From positions 352,001 to 416,000 of the forward strand of contig OZ219872.1 of assembly GCA_964291495.2 (NCBI GenBank): 64,000 nucleotides of DNA. Direction: 5' to 3'. The position numbers and the translations under genes are program-made. The number at the start of each line of letters is the position of its first letter. The first letter of the stretch is position 1. Source of the DNA: Dehalococcoidia bacterium (lineage in GTDB: Bacteria > Chloroflexota > Dehalococcoidia > UBA2979). This document shows, piece after piece, positions 20,403 to 30,411 of this stretch. The notes under the pieces were generated by a model. That model was not told where the DNA came from. It did not search any database and was given only the letters and a program-made list of their open reading frames with translations.

Positions 20403-21829
20403 CAGGCCTGCGTCCCCATCTCCGATGCAAGCCGCCGCGCGGCCTGTAGCCCGCCGACGCCCTGGGTGAGGATCGGTTGCCGCACCGCCTCGCGCTCGGG
20501 GCGGTAGCCCATGCGGCGCGCCCACTCGCGCACGAGGATGATCGCGGCCGCCCAGTTGACGATGGCAAAGAGCCCGAGGCTGACGATGCCCTCGACCTCC
20601 CAGCGCGCGAAGATCGAGGCCTGCACCGCAACGACGAGCAGGTTGATGAGCGAGAGCGGGATCAGGAACTGCCAGGCGAACTTCATCAGTTGGTCCAGGC
20701 GGAAGCGCGGCAGCGTGCCGCGCAGCCAGATGAGCAGGAAGTAGGCCGCCGAGATCTTCGCGCCGAGGATCAGGTAGCCCGGTACCCACTCCTCGAGGCC
20801 GAACAGCGACCAGCCGCCGAGGAACAGCGTCGCCGTCAGCGCCGCGACGAAGAGCGCGTTGCCCAGCTCGACGGCGTAGAACAGCCCGAACTTCATCCCG
20901 GAGTACTCGGTGTGGAAGCCCGCGACGATCTCGGACTCGGCCTCGGCGATGTCGTTGGGCGTGCGGTTCAGCTCGGCCGTCGAGGAGAAGAAGTAGGTGA
21001 ACATCGCCAGCGGCAGCAGCGCGGCGAGCCAGACGTTGTGGGTCGACTGCCACTCGACGATCGTCGAGAGCTGCATCGAGCCGCTGAGCAGCACGACGGA
21101 GAGCAGCGCGATCGAGAGCGGGATCTCGTAGGAGATCATCATCGCGATCGTGCGCATCGCGCCGAGCAGCGCGTAGTGGTTATTCGACGACCAGCCGGCC
21201 ATGAAGATCGCCAGCGTGGTAAGCGAGCTGATGGCGATCAGGAAGAGGATGCCGACGTGCACGTCGAGGTACGACATCTGCGCGCCCCAGGGGATCGGGC
21301 CCCAGGCGACGATCATCGGGATGAAGATCAGCGCGGGCGGCAGGAAGAAGAGCACCTTGTCCGCGCCGCGCGGCATCAGCACTTCCTTCTGGATCAGCTT
21401 GACCGCGTCGGCGATCGGCTGGAGCAGGCCGTAGGGCCCGACGCGGTTCGGTCCGCGGCGGATCTGCATCCGGCCGATCAGCCGTCGCTCGACCCAGATC
21501 AGGATCAGCAGCGTGCCTCCGACGATGCTGAGGATGCCGGTCGCGCCGAGCAGCGCGGTGACGGCGTACGAGATCCAGTGCTGGCCGAGGAAGTCGAGGA
21601 TGCCCGGTTGGTCGGCGTTGCGGTCGTCGAGCCACTCGCGCAGCCCCTGCACGCCGATCCCGAGGTCGCGCACGTCGTACCACTGCCCGTCGAGCCGCCC
21701 GTCGATCACGACGTAGCCGATGACGACGTTGACGGCGACGAACCCGAGCGCAACGACAGCGCCGAGCGCCATCAGCGCGCGCGGGACCGTGCGCTCCGGC
21801 AGCCGGCGGCCGATCCGCAGCGAGCTCAT
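20402..21829 (-). CDS. nuoH: NADH-quinone oxidoreductase subunit H with N- and C-terminal extensions
   Basis: ERRLIGRMQIRRGPNRVGPYGLLQPIADAVKL, GWSSN, SYE, EAESE..GFHTEYSG, PRFRLDQ. Confidence 0.93.
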   Translation of the reverse strand: MSSLRIGRRLPERTVPRALMALGAVVALGFVAVNVVIGYVVIDGRLDGQWYDVRDLGIGVQGLREWLDDRNADQPGILDFLGQHWISYAVTALLGATGILSIVGGTLLILIWVERRLIGRMQIRRGPNRVGPYGLLQPIADAVKLIQKEVLMPRGADKVLFFLPPALIFIPMIVAWGPIPWGAQMSYLDVHVGILFLIAISSLTTLAIFMAGWSSNNHYALLGAMRTIAMMISYEIPLSIALLSVVLLSGSMQLSTIVEWQSTHNVWLAALLPLAMFTYFFSSTAELNRTPNDIAEAESEIVAGFHTEYSGMKFGLFYAVELGNALFVAALTATLFLGGWSLFGLEEWVPGYLILGAKISAAYFLLIWLRGTLPRFRLDQLMKFAWQFLIPLSLINLLVVAVQASIFARWEVEGIVSLGLFAIVNWAAAIILVREWARRMGYRPEREAVRQPILTQGVGGLQAARRLASEMGTQA

Positions 21830-22929
21830 CGGTCGATCTCCCCAACCACGATGTCGACGGAGCCGAGCGCGACGATCGCGTCCGGCAGCGACGCGCCGAT
21901 CGCCATCTCGCGCAGCAGCGAGAGGTTGATCAGCGAGGGCGCGCGGATGTGGAAGCGGAACGGGGCCGAGCCGCCGTCGGAAACCACGTAGAAGCCAAGC
22001 TCGCCGCGAGGGCCCTCGACGCGGGCGTAGGCCTCGCCGGGGTCGGGGCGCAACGCGAGCGGGATCTGCGTCTTGTGCGGGCCCGAGGGCAGCGCGTCGA
22101 GCGCCTGGCGGATGATCTTCGTCGACTGGCGGACCTCCTCGAGGCGCACGAGGAAGCGGTCATACGCGTCGCCCTGGCGGCCGACGGGGATGTCGAAGTC
22201 GAAGCGGTCGTAGACGCAGTAGGGCTCGGCCTTGCGCAGGTCCCAGGGCACGCCCGAGCCGCGCAGCATCGGCCCGACGAGCGAGCCGTTGATCGCGTCC
22301 TCGGCGGAGATGATGCCGACCCCGCGCCCGCGCGCGAGCAGGATCTCGTTGTCGACCAGCAGCTCCGCGTACTCCTCGATGCGCTCGGGCAACTCGTCGA
22401 CCAGCGATTCGATCGCCGGGTAGAACTCGTCGGGCGGATCGAAGGCGACGCCGCCGATGCGCATGTAGTTGGTCGTGAGGCGTGCGCCGCAGGTCATCTC
22501 GAACAGATCGAGGATGCGCTCGCGCTCGCGGAACATGTACATGAGCGGCGTCTGCCAGGCGCCGGCGTCGTTGACGAACGTGCCGTTCGCCATCGAGTGG
22601 CTGGCGATGCGCTGCAGCTCCGCGAAGATCACGCGCAGGTAGGAGGCGCGCTCCGGCACCTCGACGCCCGCGAGGCGCTCCACCGCCAGGCAGTAGCCGA
22701 GGTTGCCGCTCATCGCCGCCAGGTAGTCGGCGCGGTCGGTGAAGGGGATGTTCTGCGTGTAGGTGCGCTCCTCGGCCAGCTTCTCCATCGAGCGGTGGAG
22801 GTAGCCGACCACCATCTCGACGTCCTGGATGCGCTCGCCGTCCATCACGACGCGCAGGCGGAAGACCCCGTGCGTCGAGGGGTGCTGGGGCCCGATGTTC
22901 AGGACGTACGGCTCGGTCGCGGTGGTCAT
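21826..22929 (-). CDS. nuoD: NADH-quinone oxidoreductase subunit D
   Basis: NIGPQHPSTHGV, GYLHR, DRADY, EGPRGELG, DIVVGEIDR; no NiFe CxxC motifs. Confidence 0.95.
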   Translation of the reverse strand: MTTATEPYVLNIGPQHPSTHGVFRLRVVMDGERIQDVEMVVGYLHRSMEKLAEERTYTQNIPFTDRADYLAAMSGNLGYCLAVERLAGVEVPERASYLRVIFAELQRIASHSMANGTFVNDAGAWQTPLMYMFRERERILDLFEMTCGARLTTNYMRIGGVAFDPPDEFYPAIESLVDELPERIEEYAELLVDNEILLARGRGVGIISAEDAINGSLVGPMLRGSGVPWDLRKAEPYCVYDRFDFDIPVGRQGDAYDRFLVRLEEVRQSTKIIRQALDALPSGPHKTQIPLALRPDPGEAYARVEGPRGELGFYVVSDGGSAPFRFHIRAPSLINLSLLREMAIGASLPDAIVALGSVDIVVGEIDR

Positions 22930-22939
22930 CGCTGCACCG

Positions 22940-23455
22940 TCATCGCGCCTGCACTCCGGACTCCTCGAAGGGGAACTTTGGCAGGCCGGGGTGGTGTTCG
23001 GGGATCTGCAGGAAGTCCTTGCGCAGCGGGAAGCCCGGGTAGCCCTCCCAGAGGAACATGCGGCGCAGGTCCGGGTGGCCCTCGAAGCGCACGCCCATCA
23101 GGTCGTAGACCTCCCGTTCCTGCAGCAGCGCGCCCTTGTAGACGCCGGTGGCGCTGGGCAGCGAGGGCTCCTCGTGCTCGCCAACGATCGCCTTCACGAC
23201 GATCTGGTGGTTCCGGTCGAGCGACTGCAGGTGGTAGACGACCTCGAAGCGGTCGTAGCGGTCGACGGCACAGAGGTTGCTGAGCTGGCGCGCGTCGAGG
23301 TCGGCGTCATCGTGGAGGAAGCGCAGCACCTCGGCGATGCGCTCGGGGCGGACCTCCACCCACTCCTCGGTGGCGCGCAGGATGGCGTCGGGTACGGCGG
23401 CGGCGAGGGGCGCCGCGACGGCCTCGCCGCTCAGCTGCCGGGGGCCCGCCGGCAC
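22940..23455 (-). CDS. nuoC: NADH-quinone oxidoreductase subunit C
   Basis: CAVD, FEVVYHL, EREVYDLMGVRFEGHPDLRR, FPLRKDF. Confidence 0.95.
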   Translation of the reverse strand: MPAGPRQLSGEAVAAPLAAAVPDAILRATEEWVEVRPERIAEVLRFLHDDADLDARQLSNLCAVDRYDRFEVVYHLQSLDRNHQIVVKAIVGEHEEPSLPSATGVYKGALLQEREVYDLMGVRFEGHPDLRRMFLWEGYPGFPLRKDFLQIPEHHPGLPKFPFEESGVQAR

Positions 23456-23456
23456 G

Positions 23457-23831
23457 CTAGCGCCACTCCAGCGCGCCGCGCCGCCAGGCGTAGGCGAGGC
23501 CGAAGGCGAGCACGCCGACGAAGATCGCGGCCTTGAACAGCGCGTCCGTGTTGAGCACTCCGTGCTGCAACGCCCACGGGTAGAGGAAGACGACCTCCAC
23601 GTCGAAGATCACGAAGCCGAGCGCGAACAGGTAGTAGCGGGCGTTGAACTGGCCCCAGGCGTTGCCCTCGGACTCGACCCCGCACTCGTAGGTCGCGTGC
23701 TTGATCGGGTCGGGGTTCTGGGGGCGACGCCGCAGCAGGTAGAAGGCGAACGAGGCGACGAGCGGGAGCGCGGGGAAGACGACGCCCAGGACAATCAGTA
23801 CCCCGACGCGTCCGAACAGCTCTGGAATCAC
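23457..23831 (-). CDS. nuoA: NADH-quinone oxidoreductase subunit A
   Basis: KHATYECG, YYLFALGFVIFDVEVVFLYPWA, WRRGALEW; GTG start after GAGGAG. Confidence 0.95.
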   Translation of the reverse strand: MIPELFGRVGVLIVLGVVFPALPLVASFAFYLLRRRPQNPDPIKHATYECGVESEGNAWGQFNARYYLFALGFVIFDVEVVFLYPWALQHGVLNTDALFKAAIFVGVLAFGLAYAWRRGALEWR

Positions 23832-23956
23832 CCGCGCGCGCTCCTCAGCGGCCCCCAACGACGTGGTTGCGCGTCCCCGGAACAGGGGATCCCGTAACCC
23901 GCGATCGGGCCCCGAACCGCTCGGCCCGGCATCGAGCGAGAAGGTAGCATCGGCCC

Positions 23957-24562
23957 CTACAGCGCGCCAGCGCCCGGAGCTTCGCCCTGGCCCTGCTCGC
24001 TCCCCTCCGAGGCGGCGCGCTCCTGCAGCGCGTACTCCTCGCGGCTGATCTCCATCCGCTCGAAGTCGTAGCCGTCGCGCCGGACGGAGCGGAGGCGGCG
24101 GAAGCCGGCCCGCCGGAAGGCATGCTGGGCGCGGGTGTTCGTGGTCAGCGTGTGAAGGTAGACCCGCCGCAGCTCCAGCTCCGCGAAGAGGTGCCCGAGC
24201 AGGCAGCGCACGGCCTCGCTGCCGTAGCCCCTCGACCAGTACGCCCGCTCCCCGATCGTGATGCCCAGCTCCGCCTCTCCGAGGTACGAGTCATACCCGT
24301 AGTACATCACGTTGCCGATGTGCCGCCCGCTCTCGCGGTCCTCGATCGCGAACGTGCGCCGGAACTTGGAGGGGCGGCGCAGATCCTCGGTGATGGTCGC
24401 CGTGTAGGCGCGGAAGGTCATCGTGATCGGGCGGGTCGCGTCGTAATCGGCGAGCTCGCGGTCCTTGCGCCAGCTGTAGTCCCGCCAGGCGTCCTCGATC
24501 TGCTTCTCGCGCAGGCGCACGAGGCGGCCCTCGGCGATCACGCGCGGCGCGGTGGCGGTCAT
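23957..24562 (-). CDS. GNAT (RimJ/RimL-type) acetyltransferase
   Basis: HIGN, ELGITIG, YWSRGYG, N.RAQ.AF..AGF. Confidence 0.88.
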   Translation of the reverse strand: MTATAPRVIAEGRLVRLREKQIEDAWRDYSWRKDRELADYDATRPITMTFRAYTATITEDLRRPSKFRRTFAIEDRESGRHIGNVMYYGYDSYLGEAELGITIGERAYWSRGYGSEAVRCLLGHLFAELELRRVYLHTLTTNTRAQHAFRRAGFRRLRSVRRDGYDFERMEISREEYALQERAASEGSEQGQGEAPGAGAL

Positions 24563-25020
24563 CGCGCCGCCTCCGCGCCTGCCAGCGCCTCGATCGCGCG
24601 CTCGACGATCGCCCGCTCGTTGGGATATGTCATCCGCTTGCACGCCTCGTGCGCGTCGTACCACTCGACGAGATCGTACTCGCCGTCGTGGCCTGCGAGG
24701 TCGCCGCCGGTCGGCTGCATCAGGTAGTGGTGCACGGCCTTGTAGACGCGCCCGGGCCTGCCCGGCACCTCGTAGGTGTAGCGGATTGAGCCGATCGGTT
24801 TGCGCCCGTCGATGGCGACCTGCAGCCCGGTCTCCTCGGAGACCTCGCGCAGGGCGGTCTGCTCGACGCTCTCGCCGGGCTCCGGCTTGCCCTTGGGCAA
24901 CGCCCAGAGCCGCTCGCGCGGCCGCGCCACGAGCACGACCTCGAGGCCGGAGTCCCCGCCGCGCCGGTAGACGACGCCGCCCGCCGACCAGATCTCGCGC
25001 ACGCCGTCCTCGGAACTCAC
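24559..25020 (-). CDS. NUDIX hydrolase
   Basis: SAGGVV and Nudix box LPKGKPEPGESVEQTALREVSEETGL. Confidence 0.92.
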   Translation of the reverse strand: MSSEDGVREIWSAGGVVYRRGGDSGLEVVLVARPRERLWALPKGKPEPGESVEQTALREVSEETGLQVAIDGRKPIGSIRYTYEVPGRPGRVYKAVHHYLMQPTGGDLAGHDGEYDLVEWYDAHEACKRMTYPNERAIVERAIEALAGAEAAR

Positions 25021-26033
25021 GGCGCGCCGGTCCAGGGCAACGGCGCTTCGCCCTCGAAGTCGACCGACATCATCCGCGCCTCCTCGGCGGCGAGCTGGGC
25101 CGCTTCGACGATGTGCGGTTCGGGACTGCGGAGCAGATCCTGCAGGATCTGCTCCGCGCGGTCGCCGGCAATCTCGCCCAGCGCGCGGATCGCCGCCACC
25201 TGCACCTCTTCCTCCTCGTCCTCGAGTAGCAGCGTCAGCGGCTCGACGGCGGCCTCGAGCAGCAGATTGCCGGCGGAGAGCGCGGCGGCTGCGCGCACGT
25301 CCTCGTCCTCGTCCTCGAAGGTCTGGATCAGCACGGGCAGCCAGTCGTCGGAACCGTGGCGGCCTATCGCCTCGACGGCGGCGCGGCGCAGCCGCGTGCT
25401 GCCCATCTCGTAGTGCTCGGCGATCAGCTCGGCCACCCACTCCTCGGAGGACGCTCCGAGCGCGGCCAGCGCGCTGCCGCACACCTCGTCCTCCTCCGTC
25501 ACGTCCTCAACGCGGTCGCGCAGCCCCTCGAGCAGGCGCTCGCCGAGATCGACCGGCAGCACCCCGAACTCGTTGCCGACCACGAAGCTCGCGAGGCTCT
25601 CGGCGGCGGCGGCCCGCACGCTCGCCTCAGCGTCGTCGCGCACGATGTCGAGCAACACGGCCGCGTACTCGGGACGCTCGCTCTCCCAGAGCCCGCGGAT
25701 CGCGAGGATGCGCGTCGCGGTGTCCGGGTCGTACAGCGCGGAGAGCTGGATGCGCTCGAACTCCAGCGTCGCGTCCTCCTCGGAGAGCTGGTGGAGCGCC
25801 GCGAGGAAGTCGCGTCGCCGGTTCGGCGTGAGACGGCTCCAGAGCGCCAGGGCGCGGCCCGCAGTGGCGTCGTCCGGATTGCTCAGCGCCGGCAGGTCGG
25901 CGAAGGGGATCGGGCGCGTCTCGTCCGCGATCGCGGCGAGGACCTCGGCGGGAGGCGGGTACGCGCGCGGCGACTCGTCCGCGAACGGATCGAGGCCGTC
26001 AGCGGCGCCATCCGTCGGTTCGGGAGGACTCAT
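25017..26033 (-). CDS. HEAT-repeat (PBS lyase-like) protein
   Basis: Repeated D.D..VRAAAA.ALG units. Confidence 0.85.
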   Translation of the reverse strand: MSPPEPTDGAADGLDPFADESPRAYPPPAEVLAAIADETRPIPFADLPALSNPDDATAGRALALWSRLTPNRRRDFLAALHQLSEEDATLEFERIQLSALYDPDTATRILAIRGLWESERPEYAAVLLDIVRDDAEASVRAAAAESLASFVVGNEFGVLPVDLGERLLEGLRDRVEDVTEEDEVCGSALAALGASSEEWVAELIAEHYEMGSTRLRRAAVEAIGRHGSDDWLPVLIQTFEDEDEDVRAAAALSAGNLLLEAAVEPLTLLLEDEEEEVQVAAIRALGEIAGDRAEQILQDLLRSPEPHIVEAAQLAAEEARMMSVDFEGEAPLPWTGAP

Positions 26034-26082
26034 GGGCGACCTCCGACGGCAGTCTATCAGCGCCCACCGCCACGGTCCGCCG

Positions 26083-27099
26083 TCAGGCGAGCTCCGCCAT
26101 CGGATCGCGCCCGAGCAAGGCAGCCATCGCCTCCTGCGGCGACATCTTCCCGTCGAGAATCGCCTGCAGCGCGGCGGCGATCGGCAGTTCGACCCCGAGC
26201 CTGGCGGCGAGGCGCAGCGCGGCGGGTGTCGTTGACACGCCCTCGACCGTCTCGCCGATGGTCTTGAGGGCCTCATCGCGGCTCGCGCCGCCGCCGATCA
26301 GCTCGCCGAGGCGGCGGTTGCGCGAGAGCGGGCTGTAGGAGGTCGCCATCAGGTCGCCGATGCCGGCGAGGCCCTGGAACGTGAGCGGGTCGGCTCCGGC
26401 GGCCACGCCGAGCCTCGATATCTCGGCGAGTCCGCGCGCGATCAGCGCCGCCTTGGCGTTATCCCCGAAGGCGAAGGCGTCGGCCATCCCGGCGGCGATC
26501 GCGATGATGTTCTTGAGCGCCCCGCCGAACTCGGCGCCCACGACGTCGCCACTGGTGTAGACGCGGAACGAGGCGCTGTGGAAGGCGGTGCGGATCGCCT
26601 CGAGCGACGGGGCCGCCGAGGCGATGACAGTGGCGCCGGGCAGCCCGGGGGCGATCTCGCGCGAGAGGTTCGGCCCGGACAGGGCGGCGAGCGGCCGGCC
26701 CGGCAGCAGCGAGGCGAGCACCTCCGTCATGCGGCGTCCGCTCTCGGTCTCGATGCCCTTCGAGCCAGACAACAACGGCGTTGCAGGCGGCACATGCGGG
26801 GCGACCGCGGCGGCGTTCTCCGCCATCGTCTGCGCCGGCACCACGAAGCAGATCAGGTCCGCGTCCTCGAGCACGGCGAGGTCGGCGGAAACCGCCAGGC
26901 CGGGCGGGAACGCGACATCGGGGAGCCGGGCGTGCGCACCGGCGCTGCGCAGGCGCGCGGCCTCCTCGTCGGTGCGGGCGAGCAGGGTGACGGACACGCC
27001 GTTGCGCGCGAGCAGGACCGCGATCGTCACGCCCCAGCCGGTGGCCCCGATGACCGCGGCCCGGCGGATTGGCGCCGGGGCCGCTGCGCGCTCAGGCAC
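26083..27099 (-). CDS. gpsA: NAD(P)H-dependent glycerol-3-phosphate dehydrogenase
   Basis: IGATGWG, SKGIE, SGPN, GGALKN, GDN, GIGDL, SRNR, VEG. Confidence 0.95.
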   Translation of the reverse strand: MPERAAAPAPIRRAAVIGATGWGVTIAVLLARNGVSVTLLARTDEEAARLRSAGAHARLPDVAFPPGLAVSADLAVLEDADLICFVVPAQTMAENAAAVAPHVPPATPLLSGSKGIETESGRRMTEVLASLLPGRPLAALSGPNLSREIAPGLPGATVIASAAPSLEAIRTAFHSASFRVYTSGDVVGAEFGGALKNIIAIAAGMADAFAFGDNAKAALIARGLAEISRLGVAAGADPLTFQGLAGIGDLMATSYSPLSRNRRLGELIGGGASRDEALKTIGETVEGVSTTPAALRLAARLGVELPIAAALQAILDGKMSPQEAMAALLGRDPMAELA

Positions 27100-27715
27100 C
27101 GCCCGCGCGCGGCGCGCCGCCCTGCCCCAGCTTGGGCTCCACCCCGGCGATCAGGCGCCGGATGTTGCCGATGTGCCCGAGCTCGATCGAGGCCGTCACC
27201 GCGAAGGCGAAGAGCAGGTAGTGGACGGGCAGCCAGCCGGCAACGACGAGGGCGACCACCGAGAGGCACCCCGCGGCCGTTGCGGTGATCGTCGTGAGCG
27301 AGGCGTAGCGCGTCGCCGCCAGCGCGATCGCGGCGCACACGATGAGGACCGCGCCGGCGATCGGGGCGATCACGGCGAAGGCGCCGAACGCCGTCGCCGC
27401 CCCTCGGCCGCCCCGGAAGCCGGCGAAGATCGGGAACATGTGGCCGGCCACCGCGGCGACGCCGCCGAGCGCGACCGCCCACGGGTCGTCGAAGACGAAG
27501 CGCGCGATCAGCACCGGCACGGCGCCCTTCGCGATGTCCGCGGCGATCACGATCAGCGCGGCGCCCCAGCCCAGCGAGCGGAGCGTGTTGGTGAAGCCCG
27601 ACTTGCCCGAACCGTAGTCGCGCACGTCCACGCCTCGGTAGACGCGCCCGACGAGCACGCCGAACGGGATCGACCCGATCAGGTAGCCAATCACGGCGAT
27701 CAGTGTGGCAATCAC
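27092..27715 (-). CDS. plsY: Glycerol-3-phosphate acyltransferase PlsY
   Basis: YLIGSIPFG, GSG..G.TN..R, DIAKG, GHMFP, FRGGRG, HIGNI.RL..G.E. Confidence 0.93.
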   Translation of the reverse strand: MIATLIAVIGYLIGSIPFGVLVGRVYRGVDVRDYGSGKSGFTNTLRSLGWGAALIVIAADIAKGAVPVLIARFVFDDPWAVALGGVAAVAGHMFPIFAGFRGGRGAATAFGAFAVIAPIAGAVLIVCAAIALAATRYASLTTITATAAGCLSVVALVVAGWLPVHYLLFAFAVTASIELGHIGNIRRLIAGVEPKLGQGGAPRAGGA

Positions 27716-29064
27716 GCCAATGCCTCCACCTGCTCCGGCGTGCGGCTGCGGAAGCGCATCCGGATCGCGGTGCCTTCGAACCCGAAGGCGTCGCGGATGC
27801 GATTCTCCAGGAACCGACGATAAGCGAAATGGAGCAGGTCTGGATCATTCACGAAGAACACGAACGTGGGCGGCTCCACCTCCGCCTGCGTCACATAGAG
27901 GACCTTGAGCCGCCGCTGGCCCTGGTAGCGCGGCGGATGCTGCGCCACCGCCCGCAGCAGCACGCGGTTCAGCTCCGAGGTCTGCACGCGCCGCCGCCGC
28001 ACCTCCTGCACATGGATCGCGAGCTGCAGCAGTTCCGCGATGCCCTCGCCGGTCAGCGCCGAGATGAAGTGCACCGGCGCCCACGGCGCGAAGCGGTAGC
28101 GGCGGTCGATGCGCTTGGCGAACTGGTGGCGGTCCGTGCCGGGCTCGGCGAGATCCCACTTGTTGACGGCAAGCAGCAGGCCGGTCCCTCGCTCGATCGC
28201 GCGCCCGGCGATGTGCGCGTCCTGCGCGGCGATCGGCTCCGAGGGATCGATCAGCAGCACGACGACGTCAGCGCGCGCGATCGCTCCCTCGGCCTGCTGC
28301 ACGGAGTGGCGCTCCGCCCCGCGGCCGATCTTGCCGCGGCGGCGGATGCCCGCCGTGTCGATCAGCACCATCGCTCGCTCCTCCCACTGGAAGGGCGAGT
28401 CGATGGCGTCGCGCGTCGCGCCGGGAACCTCGGAGACGATCACGCGCTCCTCGCCGAGGATCGCGTTGACGAGCGAGGACTTGCCGACGTTGGGCCGTCC
28501 GACGATCGCGATCCGCAGCGGGCGGTCGCCGTCCTCGGCGGCCTCGGGCTCGTCCGGCGCCTCCGGCAGCGCGTCGAAGACGAGGTCGAGCAGGTCGCCG
28601 ATGCCCTCCGCGTGGTAGGCGGAGATCAGCAGCGGATCGCCGAGGCCGAGCGCGTGCGCCTCGTGCACGTTCGCCCGCGCCTCGCGACGGTCTCCCTTGT
28701 TGGCGACGACGATCGCGGGGCGCCCGGCGCGGCGCAGCTGCTCGGCGATCGCGTGGTCCGCCGCCGTCAGCGCGTTCGATGCGTCGACAACGAAGAGCAG
28801 CAGCGCGGCCTCGGAGAGCGCCAGCCCGACCTGCTCGCGGATCGGCGTGTCGAAGGGGTCGTCCTCGGGGCCCTCGAGGCCGCCGGTGTCGACGACGCGG
28901 AACTCGCGGCCGCGCCAGCGGCAGACGCCGTACTGGCGGTCGCGCGTGGTGCCGGGAAGGCGCTCGACCAGCGCGCGCCGAGAGCGCGTCAGCCGGTTGA
29001 ACAGCGCCGACTTGCCGACGTTGGGACGGCCGACAATCGCGACCAGGGGGGCTTCCGGGGTCAT
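27712..29064 (-). CDS. der: Ribosome biogenesis GTPase Der (EngA)
   Basis: Two GRPNVGKS/DTxG/NKxD GTPase domains plus KH-like C-terminus. Confidence 0.97.
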   Translation of the reverse strand: MTPEAPLVAIVGRPNVGKSALFNRLTRSRRALVERLPGTTRDRQYGVCRWRGREFRVVDTGGLEGPEDDPFDTPIREQVGLALSEAALLLFVVDASNALTAADHAIAEQLRRAGRPAIVVANKGDRREARANVHEAHALGLGDPLLISAYHAEGIGDLLDLVFDALPEAPDEPEAAEDGDRPLRIAIVGRPNVGKSSLVNAILGEERVIVSEVPGATRDAIDSPFQWEERAMVLIDTAGIRRRGKIGRGAERHSVQQAEGAIARADVVVLLIDPSEPIAAQDAHIAGRAIERGTGLLLAVNKWDLAEPGTDRHQFAKRIDRRYRFAPWAPVHFISALTGEGIAELLQLAIHVQEVRRRRVQTSELNRVLLRAVAQHPPRYQGQRRLKVLYVTQAEVEPPTFVFFVNDPDLLHFAYRRFLENRIRDAFGFEGTAIRMRFRSRTPEQVEALA

Positions 29065-30410
29065 TCGGAGCTCTCCGCGGTGGCTTCGGGAGAAGGCGTC
29101 GCCGTTGGTGTGGGCGTGGGTGTTGGCGTCGGCGTCGCGATCGTCCGAAGCGTAAGCTCGAGCTGGGCGGGCCGCACCTCGCTGACGCTCACGCCCGGCG
29201 GCGCCTCGACGTCCACGTCGACCTGCGACACACCCGGCCTCAACCCACTCGCGTCGACCACGGCGATGACATCGCCGCGGTCGAGGGCGTTGAGCACGGG
29301 CAGGTCGCCTTCCACCACGACCGTGATCACGAGTTGGCTGAGGGCGCCCTGCAGCCCGGCAGGCACTCCGACCAGCCGAGGCACGACAGGGAACGCGATC
29401 GAGCCCTCGATCGGTGCGATCGAGACGATGACGTTGACTTCCTCGCCGGACACGGCGCTGACGCCGGGCGGCAGGCTGGGCGATCGCACGACGCTCAGGT
29501 TTGCGCGCGCGCCGTCGAGCAGCACCTGACCCAGCGCGAGGCTGTCGATGGTCTGCAGCACGTCGAAGCTGCCCTCGATGGCGAAGACGCCGGGCAGGAT
29601 CTGGACCCCGTCGACGCGGTAGCCGGGAGCCGGCTGCCCAAGCAGATCGACGCCGAGCGGCACGGTGCGGGTCAGCACCGTCTGCTCGATCGCCACCTCG
29701 ATGAGGACGTTGGGCGGATCGATGGTGACGCCGCGAATCTCCCCGCCGCCTGCCCCGCGGGCGACGAGCCGGAGGGACTGCGAGATGCCGAGGGTCAGAC
29801 CTGTCACATTGATGTCGGCGCCCGCGTTGACCACGAGGTCGACGAGCGACTCGGGGCCGGAGACCTCGACGTTGGCGGGCTCGGGCACCGCCTCGCCGGC
29901 CGCGAAGCCCCGAGGCAGCGCCCCGACGATGCGCGCGTCGACGGGCACCTCGCGCGTCACGATCTGCTCGAGGTTCACGAGGATCGCGGGGGGTTCCACG
30001 CTGATCACGCGCACGCCGCGCGCGTCGTTCACCTCGATGCGCACGGGGACGGTCTGCTCGCGCGCATTGAGGCCGTTCAGGTCGACAATGGCGCGAAAGT
30101 TGGCGCTGGTCAGGCTGTCCCAGCGTTCGTCGGGCGCGGCGATACGGATGCTGGCCGACGGCAGCGCATTGGCCACAGCGACCTCGCGGCCGACATTGAC
30201 GGCGACGACCTCGATCGGGGCCGGGAAGAGCCCGCTGCGGGTCGGGTTTTCCTCCTCGGTGACGAGGATCCAGATCGCCACCCCGAGCACGAAGGAGAGC
30301 GCCAGCAGGCCGGGCGTGGCGCGCACCGCGCCCAGGCTGGGCCGCCAGAAGGCCGCGAGCATTTCGCGAAGATCGGTGAGGACCGAGCGGCGAAGGTTCG
30401 AGAACGCCAT
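29061..30410 (-). CDS. cdaR: CdaR (YbbR-domain) diadenylate cyclase regulator
   Basis: N-terminal TM helix, repeated beta-rich YbbR-like units (P..V.V.GP), directly downstream of cdaA. Confidence 0.85.
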   Translation of the reverse strand: MAFSNLRRSVLTDLREMLAAFWRPSLGAVRATPGLLALSFVLGVAIWILVTEEENPTRSGLFPAPIEVVAVNVGREVAVANALPSASIRIAAPDERWDSLTSANFRAIVDLNGLNAREQTVPVRIEVNDARGVRVISVEPPAILVNLEQIVTREVPVDARIVGALPRGFAAGEAVPEPANVEVSGPESLVDLVVNAGADINVTGLTLGISQSLRLVARGAGGGEIRGVTIDPPNVLIEVAIEQTVLTRTVPLGVDLLGQPAPGYRVDGVQILPGVFAIEGSFDVLQTIDSLALGQVLLDGARANLSVVRSPSLPPGVSAVSGEEVNVIVSIAPIEGSIAFPVVPRLVGVPAGLQGALSQLVITVVVEGDLPVLNALDRGDVIAVVDASGLRPGVSQVDVDVEAPPGVSVSEVRPAQLELTLRTIATPTPTPTPTPTATPSPEATAESSE

Positions 30411-30411
30411 C

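Noticed and set aside
21826-22929. NuoD as a group 4 NiFe-hydrogenase large subunit explaining the odd operon
   Set aside because: No N- or C-terminal CxxC motifs; it ends DIVVGEIDR as in complex I.
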